Source: Macrostomum lignano (lineage: Eukaryota). Taken from it: a stretch of 36,905 bases of DNA. Shown here piece by piece: positions 1 to 10,219 of this stretch. The translations under genes were made by a program, and so were the position numbers. The notes below the pieces were generated by a model. That model had not been told where the DNA came from and ran no database searches. It was given only the letters and a program-made list of their open reading frames with translations. Where the stretch lies: the NCBI GenBank assembly GCA_002269645.1, contig NIVC01004729.1:1-36905 (forward strand), given 5' to 3'. The first letter of the stretch is position 1; each line of letters opens with the position of its first letter.

Positions 1-227
1 CTCTATCCATTCTCCTATTTCTCTTCTCTATTCTCTCTCCTTTCTCCCTTCCTCTGGCCCGCAGTCATGCGCTAGGTTCTCTATCTGGCCCTTGAGGTAA
101 AAAGTTCTACATCACTGTTCTACATCAGCATTGTCGTACTACTCAGAGTTGATGTCCAGGCATTTTTAAAAAAGTATAAAAATATTATAACTTATGCAAG
201 GAAGTGAATTAACCAAAGTAAACCTAC

Positions 228-718
228 CATCTCGTATCGCTGTCGGTCGCGGGCGACTTTCTCTTCGTTACTTTTTCTTCGAAGTGCAGTTCTCCCAACG
301 GTGTCCCATCTCTTTGGCGACATCGCCGACTCGCCAGGTTGGATGGCGGCTTGCACCTTCGGGCGCTCATCTTGGCAGAATAAAAAGAAAGCGGATAGGG
401 GCCGCTTCGGTGTGGGTTTGATCTTTTGCTTCTTGCGTTGCGGCCTTTGCCTCCGTCGGCAGGCACGTACGACTTCATCTCGCGGTTAAAGCGCTCCTTG
501 TCTCGAGCGGCCATGTCTTCAAATCGCTTTTTCTCTTGGCGTTTCATTGTCTTCACTTCTCGGCGCACTTTTTAGAGAAACTCGCGTGAACACTACAGAC
601 TCGTTCGGGTGCTTCTTTTTTGTGCTCTTCGCGAATAACTTGACAAAGCAAGCATAGGCGGTCATGGCGCCTTTTGGTTTTGACTGTCTTTTACCATGCT
701 AGAGCTGAGTGTCAGGTT
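228..718 (-). pseudogene. HMGB: HMGB-type two-HMG-box exon with multiple indels (pseudogene or low-quality sequence)
   Basis: Stitched translation from ATG at 697: MVKDS.KPKGAMTAYACFVK.IREEHKKKHPNESV..EFSKKCAEK.KTM...KKRFEDMAARDKERFNREMKSY...PKRPLSAFFLFCQDERPKV...GDVAKEMGHRW...ARDRQRYEM. Acceptor (ttgcag) at 719-720 and donor GTAGGT at 227. At least 6 frameshifts. Confidence 0.8.
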
Positions 719-881
719 CTGCAAAGTAAAGTTTCAGTAGTTTAATATAAGATATTAAAAACAGTGGTTAGGGTTTTTGGAGGCCCCTTTTCCTTTAAAA
801 GTTGAAAAATAGCAAAATAAGATTATTGCCAGTGAAAAAAGGGTAAGTCTCATTTTTGGTAAACACATGGCCAGTGTAAAT

Positions 882-1144
882 CAGAGGGGTTGCGCATGTT
901 ATCATCTGGCACCTTGGATCCTTTAAAACTTTACAAAAGCAATCTGGTCCGCTCAAATTTTGTTGTGTCTTATGTCAGCTCTCTGCTCTCTAATATCCTC
1001 TAATCCCTTTTCTCTCATCTCCTCACTTTTTCCTAGCTAATCTCCTTTCTCTATTCCCTCTTTTCTCTTTCAATCCTCTGGCCCATGGTCATGTGCGAGG
1101 TTCTTTATCTGGCCATGAGGTATAAAAAGTTTTGCCAACCCCTG
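882..1144. mobile_element. hAT-type MITE with CT-rich core
   Basis: Right end AAAAGTTTTGCCAACCCCTG, left end CAGAGGGGTTGCG. Its right half resembles 52-118; CCTTGGATCCTTTAAAA (912-928) recurs at 36196-36212. Confidence 0.5.
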
Positions 1145-3373
1145 TGTCTAAAGTAAGCCTAATACAATTGAGCAAACCTAATACAAAAAATTAAAATACA
1201 AGAGTGGGAAAGAGATATACTTTTAGGAATCAATATCAACACTAAAGACAAAGGGCCAAATAATTATAAGCAAAGGCATTTGTGAAAACATCTTAGTCAA
1301 TAAAGAATAAGAATTGGCAAGGAAAAAATCTGGGCAATTAAATACACAGAAATTTGGGCCATCCCTAAAAATTGGCCATTTTAAGCCTGGCCCCAATTTA
1401 AGCCTCACCCTTACCACTGATTATAGAAGTAATGAGCACATGGGAAATTGATTAAAATCTCCTATAGAACTAGGATTTCAATAGTGAAGCCCTGACCAAC
1501 CTAGAAGATGAACACAATAATGCAATCTAGATTTTATTTAAAAAACATATATGCAAGACCCATGAGACTTTCCATATCATAGATCACATCTTTCCCTATT
1601 AAGCCAAGAATAATACACTGCAAATATTTGCAGCTAAAACCATGGACAAAATCTAAATGATTTCATTAAGGAATTACTAGATTTAGACTATTCCATTGAA
1701 GAGCCATTGGTTCTATAGTCAAACAATACTATAGCCTAAAGACTCACAAAATATTTTATTTGTCTATCAATTTGCACTATAGGGGGGGCCTTTGATGTAC
1801 AATAAAATCACATATTGAATCAATGAGATCCTTGGTATACAGCTTCTTTGATGAATTTTATATTAAAAAACAATTGCTTAATCTTATCTATTTTTTATAG
1901 ATACAAGAATTAATGTAGCCAAGGGGGGATACAAGGAATTTGTTTCCCCTTGGAGACAGCCAGGAAGTGTAAATTTTTTATTGCTTTGTATTTAGCTTAT
2001 ATCGCTAACATTGGATATAAATTAATGCATCTATACATGCGCAACAGTTGGCTGAGTCAGCCAACCAATTTGGTAGCTTTCTACTTTTTAAGCTCAAAAA
2101 ACATTTAAACAAATGTTTTGTGCTATTGATTTACTACTATAAATGATAGGTTAAAGGCAAAGAAAGATAAATAATTAATCAAATTAGCCAAAAAGCATCT
2201 TTTACATAATATAATCTATAATCACAAAAAGGTCATTTACTCTAGCAATGTAAAAAAGGTAATTTATTGTTGCAATACTAGCTTAGTCTTTCAATTCATA
2301 ACATTCATATTCATATCCACATATTCACATTCATCACATTTATAAATAGATTTTTTGTATGCAAATTTATATTTCTTTAATTTTTGTTTAGGTATAGGCC
2401 TACACCCAGCATGATTTAGACTGTGGCATAGAAGTGTCACATAGAAGCAAGTCAGATGATATCTAGCTAAATAATATTGGGGTAGGGCAATCTACCACGT
2501 TGAATTGGTGAAATTGCAACCTGTTGTGCAAGTCTGTCATGACCCCTTTTTGCGTCACTTAGTACACCACCCCTGGCCCCATCTTTTGCCAAAGTAAAAT
2601 TTTTGTTTTTTTCCATTTGCGTTATTAGTGTCATTCATTGCCCCATTGTTTGCCCTATCCTCTGCCTTACCCCCCTGCCTTGCAGCCCCATCTATTGCCC
2701 CATCCCTGTCTGGATGGCACAATTTTTCCATTTATAAGGCCAATTCAGACTGCCAATTTGTCATGCCTTTCCATCTTTATTGTTTTAATTGTTTGGTTTG
2801 TTTCTTTGTTAGTTTGTTTGTTTATCCTGCTTGCTTGTTTATCTTCTTAGTGTGTTTAATAGTTTGCCTTTCATTAAATTAGTTTAGTGTATTTGCCTTT
2901 TATTAGTTATTCGTCTAGCACCTGGCATTAGCCACGATCATTCTTATAAATAATAATAAAATATTTGTTTAACATTGCCTGCTTAATAAATAATAACTAA
3001 TAAATTCAGTAATTAATCAAAGCCCTTAATAGTTTATCTTGAGTTATTTGCCCATGGGGCATTAAACAACCAAATTAATCCCAACTCTAAACAAGCTGAG
3101 ATCTCAACATTCCATAATACGAAATTATGGTGGTGGCAGCATTACTTTACTAACAGTAATCAGTTCAGCAACTTAGAAAACAGATTTACAGTGTCTAGAC
3201 CTTTGAGTCTAAAAACTGAATGACTATGCCTATTCAAGACTACTTGACTACAATTACGACTACCCTTCCCCTGGACTTGAGAACCTGGCTGTCGGAGTAA
3301 AACAGGAGGAAATAATTTGTTGTGATTCATCTATGCAATTTCTGGCTTTATTTGTGCAAATGCAATGCCAATC

Positions 3374-4244
3374 GGTTTTGAAGAACACCATGACTAGGGA
3401 CACGGCGGCCGTGCCTCTAACTCTATGTCTAAGGACATGGCCGCTGTGTCCCTAGCTCCCACGCTACTCTGTGCCTAGAGCCACAGTGGCCGTGTCTTTA
3501 GCTGTGTGGACTCGTAGCATGGCCGCCGTGTCCCTAGCTCTGTGTATAGGGACACGGCGGCCATGTTCCTAGTAATCTACCACTTACATGCCTGGGGCAC
3601 GGCGGTTGTCTCTGAACAATGGGCTTTAAATGCAACATGATGCGCTAACATATATGTATATAAAGTAATTGCACGGTACTATATGTATTTTGTAAGGTAC
3701 TTTAGGCATGGTAGGTAAGAAGTTCAATTCTTAAATTATATTCCTGCAAACAGTCAATTTCAACAAAAATGCTCAAGATATATATGCATCAAAAAGCAAT
3801 AATAAATAGAACAAAAAACAAACAAGTTTGCGCATTCCATGACACAGTATACTTGTGCAATATAGTAGTATAATTTAAAAAGAGTTTTAGTATATTGGAT
3901 TGACACAATAACAATATTTGACTGTCTTTATGGACACTACCGGCAATGTTCGAGCTACCTTACATACATGTATCAAATCATGTTGCATTTAAAGCCATTG
4001 TTCAGAGACAACCGTCATGCCCCCAGGCATGTGAGTGGTAGATTACTAGGAACACGGCCACCATGTCCCTATACACAGAGCTAAGGACACGGCGGCTGTG
4101 CCACAAGTCTACACAGCTAAAGACACAGCCGCCGTGGCTCTAGGCATAGAGTAGCGTGGTAGCTAGGGACACAGCGGCTGTGTCCTTAGACATAGAGTTA
4201 GAGGCACGGCCGCCATGTCTCTAGTCATGGCGTTTGAAAAAACC
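3374..4244. mobile_element. Foldback/MITE-like element, about 265-bp inverted arms built of small palindromes
   Basis: Arm about 3374-3640 is the reverse complement of about 3977-4244; AT-rich spacer between them. Confidence 0.8.
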
Positions 4245-4551
4245 CTAAAGAAAAAACCAAATTTCCAAAGTGACCAAAAAATTTATTCAACTTCCTTTGC
4301 CCACTTTAATATCAAGCTAACTAGCTAAGTAACATGCATTATAGGCCCTAATTAAAATAGATTATACATATAGGCATTTTCAACTGACTAGGCCCTAGGC
4401 CTAGGCAGTAAAGGACTTACAAAAGCTTAATGTCCTTACTTTTTTTGCCTAGCCATGCTATGTAATACACATATAGCCCCCTTATAGTAATTTGGTTATT
4501 TGGTATATAATAGATAGGCCTAAGACTTTTGAAGTTATAAAAATGGCAGTG

Positions 4552-5264
4552 CTTATCCCCATGGTACTGTAGGAATAATTTTTGTCTTATTCCAACGGTA
4601 CTGTGCGAATAATTTTCTGCTTATCCGCATGGCACACTGAGGAGATAGCTGCCCTATCTTCTACATATGCCGTGCGAATAATTTTTTGCTTATCCACATG
4701 GCACACTGACGAGATAGCTGCCATATCTTCTACACATGCCATGTGGGAAGTTTAGTATATACAATTTGAGTGCAGTATAATAACTTTGTTGAATTATTAT
4801 TGAATAAGTATACAGAAGGGTATCAGTAAAGCAGAATAATACGTATTTACACATGCATATACTAGTCTAGAACTGATTCGAGTTTATACATCAAGATCAA
4901 CAGCTTTTTAGTATCCTCAGTTCAAATTTCCTTTCAATAAGCTATAAACTATTCATGCACAGCATATATATATAGCAGATAGGGCAGCTAGTAAAATAGA
5001 GGGAATAAAACAGAAGATGTGTAGGGCAGCTATCTCGTCAGTGTGCCATGCGGATAAGCAGAAAATTATTCGCACGGCATATATAGAAGATAGGGCAGCT
5101 ATCTCCTCAGTGTGCCGTGTGGATAAGCAGAAAATTATTCGCACAGCATATGTAGAAGATAGGGCAGCTATCTCCTCAGTGTGCCGTGCGGATAAGCAGA
5201 AAATTATTCGCACAGTACTGTTGGAATAAGACAGAAATTATTCTTACGGTACTGTGGGGATAAG
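4552..5264. mobile_element. Foldback element with arms of 69-bp tandem units
   Basis: 4552-4740 is inverted relative to 5014-5264; GCAGCTATCTC recurs at 5026, 5095 and 5164 (period 69). Confidence 0.8.
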
Positions 5265-6180
5265 GTTTTACCTATAAAAATATCATACTATGACATATAT
5301 CATGACAAAGCCATTTAGCTAGACTAGGGACTAGGCCTATCTGATTTGAAGTCTCTATATTAGCATCTATAGATGGAATTCCTAGATAAACAACAAGGTC
5401 AAAGCCAAAAGATTAATATAAATCAATAGGCCTAATAGGCCCTAGAGTAGGGAGTCCAGTCAGCTCCGCGCAAGGCGGGAAAATTTCGAAAAAAAATGGA
5501 AAACAGTATTGACTTCAATAGTATATAGAATGCAAACGAGAAGGTTTTAAAGAAAACCAAGATATACACAAAAGAGCTGATAAAACCTACTTTCTAATGA
5601 GTGTTTGTGTTTTTATATCAATAAAGCATGTACAAAGTTACCGTTCATCAAAATTTCCGATTTTTTTGCCGAAAGTGTAATTTGAAGCCATTTTAATGGG
5701 AATATATATGGTTTCAGAAAGTTGAAAATGTAGACAAAAATCATTGGAATATAACAAAATATGACAACTCCAGTTGGAAGTACTGATATTTTGTTAGTTA
5801 AAAATAGGATTCCAAGCAAAAAAAATTTTTTTTATCTAGCCATATACGAGGCTTGAAAATTATTTTTTTCTTTTTCACCCTTAGCGGCAACAGCGATGGC
5901 CGTTTTGAATTCTTTTTTCTAGTTTACGTTTCACGCAGTTTCTAATGCAGAAAACTGCTTGTTAATATGTATTCCCGCATTTACACAATACTAATTCAAA
6001 GTTTGAGCCAAAATACAGGTAAACTGCCATTTAAAGTAGAAAATGTTGTGCAATTTTTCAAATATGCATCGATGGTGTTTTTTTCTTTTGTATTATTATC
6101 TAAACTGGCATACAAACAAGACGAAACAATGATCTCATTGCCAGCTCTTCCCGCAACTCCAGTGATGGCACCGATGTTTT

Positions 6181-6244
6181 GGGTAAACAGCAGGAGTAAC
6201 TATTACTACTGTTTCATAGGAAAGTGACTCGTCACCTTATTAGT
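6181..6244 (+). pseudogene. 28S rRNA fragment relic (H68-H71), copy 1
   Basis: Ungapped 64-nt match, about 47/64, to the conserved eukaryotic LSU segment GGGTAAACGGCGGGAGTAACTATGACTCTCTTAAGGTAGCCAAATGCCTCGTCATCTAATTAGT (recalled from memory). Confidence 0.6.
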
Positions 6245-6403
6245 CAAATGATTTTGAGTTTACTATTAAGTTTCATTGCATTGGACATTATATGTGCATA
6301 TAAGCATGTATGTACATGAATACAATGGCTGTACAATTTACTTATTAATCGAAAAAAGCAACTTAACTATGAAAAAAGCATAGGCAAAGTTAACGTAATG
6401 TTT

Positions 6404-6467
6404 GGGTAAACGGCGGGAGTAACTATGACTGTATAATGAGAGCTAAATGCCTCATCAGCTAATCAGT
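6404..6467 (+). pseudogene. 28S rRNA fragment relic (H68-H71), copy 2
   Basis: Ungapped, about 54/64, to the same LSU segment; first 27 nt identical. Confidence 0.8.
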
Positions 6468-9400
6468 ACTACTTTTGAAATGTTTTGAATGTGCATTTTT
6501 GCAGCTTACCTTGGCTGGGCCCCTTGCCAGCCAGCTGGATCGGCTTGGTGTTACATCTGGATGATCTATATAAGGACAAAACAGGATATACAGAAGTTAA
6601 CACAAATAATTATGATAGCAAAAACTTAAATACCAAGAGACTATACTGAATATTATTGCTACAGGTACAAATAGTGCTCTGCATATAAAAATAAATAAAA
6701 AGTAGCAAAAGAATGCAAAAAAATGACACCTTAAGCAAAAAAATCTATTTGGTAGTTCAAAAGTTATGTAACTTATTAGTCAAAAAAATGCTTCTTTTCG
6801 CAAAAATGATCACAGTGGCTTATAGGAAAAATACATTACGGAGACAACAAAATATATGGCACTAAAAGTGCTATAACTTTTTTATTACTTGACCAAAATT
6901 CAAAAGTGAGGTGTCATTTTGCTCATATAACTAAGATCTACCAAATGGTATAGAAAATAATTCTGAATTTAGAAGTTTCAAAATCTCACTGGACTCCCTA
7001 CCTAGAGGCCTAATTAAGCTCAATCAATGAACTAGGCCCAAGGCTTATTAATTTTAAATTTTTAATCAACCTTACATTAACATGGCATTAACATTAGGCT
7101 AGATTGGATTTGATTTTGAAGCTTTGATAAAATTCTTAGGGGTTGTACTATAAAGCTGTCATAGCGTAAGTTTGGTCGTATGTCGGAACTTTTACACTGC
7201 GGAGATGGGAGCTAAGAACGATCTTATCTTACGATGGCTTTATAGAATGGGCCCTTAGTCTTTTTTCAGCAGGTTAGTCGTATACTTTAAAAATCAGGAA
7301 GCAACTTCTTTATTTAGGTAAATTAGGTAAAAATTTGACTAGGCCTAATTATACATAAATTTAAATAAAATTTTATAATGACAAAATGATTGATTGAAGT
7401 AGGAGAGAAATGGAAATATTTATAGGGGCCTAAGCCAATAAAGATGATCGCAGGTTGACTTAAATAGGCCTAGCATCAGACGTAACATAGACGACGTTGA
7501 TATGTTACGTCAAAGCGAATTACTAAGCTAACTAGCAAATGGAAATGGGGTCTATATATTATACAATAAGAATATGAGTATGAGTGATGCCATACCTCAA
7601 ACTCAGTAAAGCTTCGTCGATTTTTACTCTATAAGCAGTGTTTCTTGATTGGAGTAAGGAGTAGAGTTTCACCTGATCAAAACGCCAAAAAGAAATGAGC
7701 AGAACAGAATGAAACGCTTATTTGACAATATAATATCACGTGATAAGCTTTCCAGCCAATAAAAGTTGAGCAGTCTCAATTTAACAAATAAACATATTTA
7801 TTTATATATTCTAAAACAGTTTAGATTCAACAATAAAACTTTTACTAATAGATAGATGGTATAAGTTCGCCTATTTTAATGTAAACAGGCTAAACAGCTT
7901 TTGTGATGTTTAAGTAGTGTGTATTTTTAATTTCAGAAATTTGGTAAAGTGGCCCTCGCTTGGTCCAAGTAAAATAAAGAGAAATTTATTCTTTATTTCA
8001 GAAATTTATTTTAGACGTGTACGATGTACACTAGTGAATACAAAATCCCGAGTTTCGCTAATCCCGGGATTCTCGGGATCGGGATATCCGACTTTGAAAA
8101 TCCCGGGATTCTCGAGGATTCCGGGATCACGGGATTGAAAAGGTTTCTAATTTTTGTTGGTGCAATTTTGGTTTACGAAGCCATCAAATATGATTTTAAA
8201 GGGCTTTGAATGATAAAAGTACAACAACAACAACAAAATACGCGACCCCGCATTCACAGTTAGGGCAGGGCGCGTCAGATGGCGCGCCGCAGAGCCTGGG
8301 AGCGAACAAAGTCCGCTCTGTTGGCAGTGTCGGGCGCCCCCGGCGTCGCACAGGAGGCAGTCCACGTATCGACGGGTTCGGGCCTGACCACGCCTGAATG
8401 GACCCTGCAAGGTGAGCAGCAGGACGTCCTGAACAATATTCTGCCCAATATACTTTTTTAAGATTTTAAGACTTTTGAATAAAGTCTAACAGAATAAAAG
8501 ATTTTGCAAACAAGAAACTGACAATGAGCTTTGAATTGGAGTGTGATGTACGGGCTGGCGTAGACGTGCTTTTTTACATGCCAGTATCAGCTCAGAAAAA
8601 TCACACTTAAATGTGATGTCACCTGGGGGAATGATACTGTAGCTTACAGCAGAGCTATGGCCCGAGGTACTGATACATGGGTAGAAGGGGATCAGACCTC
8701 ACCCTCCCAAGGGCACTTGCCCTATAGATGGAGAATGGGTACATGTAGCTTGGGTTGTGGTCCGATAGCAAGGTCTCACTGTTCTAATCCCAACACTACG
8801 GCTAAGGAGTTTTGAAGGTAAGGACTGCATAAAAGGCTCTCTCGATGGTCAATCCCGGGATTATATTCTCTAATGTACACGTGTACATGCACTCACCAAC
8901 AGTCTGTTGTGTACTTGTAATTTGCGTTAATTTCAGCGATCAAAGCATACTTATTTGCTTATGGCTCTATACCCATGCCTCTTTGCTCCTATTTTATGCA
9001 TGCGAGAAGTGAAAACCTATAAAATACGAGTATTAAATAAAATAACCAGAAAAGACGCGACTTGATATGATCCGCGATAACTGTATGCATTTGGTCATTG
9101 GCAAGCTAATTGTCTCTTTTTATTTGCAACACAGTCAAAACGCCACCCTAGCTCGACCCATGCAGTGCGCCTGAGCAAGAGTTAGAAAACCTTGCGTCAT
9201 TGCAGTGTAGTGAGCTGAAGTCAATCGCTGGGTGGCGGTTTGGACTGCATGTTGCTGAGTAGCAAAGGCGCACCACATGACAAAATGTAAATTAAAACTT
9301 AATATTTTATACACATACCCCCAGTAGTAAAATCGATGGCGAATTCTTTTTTTCGGGATGGATGCCAAACATGGTTATTACATTCGTATGGTTGTAAAGT

Positions 9401-10219
9401 CGGCCGTTATGAGTCATATTTTCGTCCTAAACACTTATAGAATATATAGCCAATAATGCATTTTAATAATTTACAGCTCATTGTAAAAGAACACTAAGGC
9501 AATCGATTATTCACAGGTTACTGAGAATTTTAGACAATTAGGGTCAGTTTGCGAGTTGTCAGCATTTCATCGACCTCATGGTCTGGTTCCCGTATGGATC
9601 CTACGGCATCGTCAAAAGGGACCTCCATGGGTCCCTTTTGTTCAGTCATTCTGTGATGGCGTTCATTCAATCCGGGGCCCTACCGGAAGACGACGACTGG
9701 CGATAGCGTGCGCCAACGCTACGACTACTACGGCTTTGACCTGCATCCAAGCAAACCTGTTGCTACGACGCGACTCAAGCTGGCAGACTTCTTATTTCCG
9801 CATCGAGTCGTAGTGTCCATATTCGGTACACGAGGTGATTTTTTTTAAATTCACAAAATACGTTGCAACTGAGGAAGCTGAAAATTCTGGTATATATTTT
9901 TTATTAACGATAGCTTGCTGTGGCAGGCAGCAGCGAACTCGATTTTATTTTGAGTGTGGCAAGCGACTGCTGCAGAGGCGTCACAACAAAGAGTATTTAA
10001 ATATTTTTTTGGATTCGACAAATAAATATGGTTCAAAAAGATTGAAAATCTTGTCAAATCCTTTCGTGGTATTGCTCTGATAATAACATTTTCTATACAG
10101 AGCTACAAAGTGTCTTAATTGAAGAAATCCTCGTATCGTAATTGCCATTCTGTTAATCCTCCAGGTAATCCTCCAGATTATCCTCCAGGTAATCAATCCC
10201 TGGAATTTTGGTATGGTCT

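Larger units (their letters stand above)
5448..7000. mobile_element. Non-autonomous TIR DNA element (hAT-like ends)
   Basis: TIR TAGGGAGTCCAGT (5448-5460) / ACTGGACTCCCTA (6988-7000); 7-bp direct repeat CCTAGAG at 5441-5447 and 7001-7007. Confidence 0.7.

Noticed and set aside
4630-4730. CTGAGGA / CTGACGA followed by a stem, resembling a hammerhead ribozyme core
   Set aside because: No GAAA after stem II and no stems I/III; it is a simple hairpin in the 69-bp unit.
5014-5225. CRISPR-like repeat array
   Set aside because: Tandem units without unique spacers, in a eukaryotic context with no cas genes.
4953-5229. ORFs with repeated peptide units
   Set aside because: Translations of the 69-bp tandem repeat.
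6181-6467. Antisense frames of both rRNA relics encode similar peptides (...VIVTPAVYP)
   Set aside because: This is the translation of antisense 28S itself; the apparently synonymous changes are CpG>CpA decays and the frames are short with stops.
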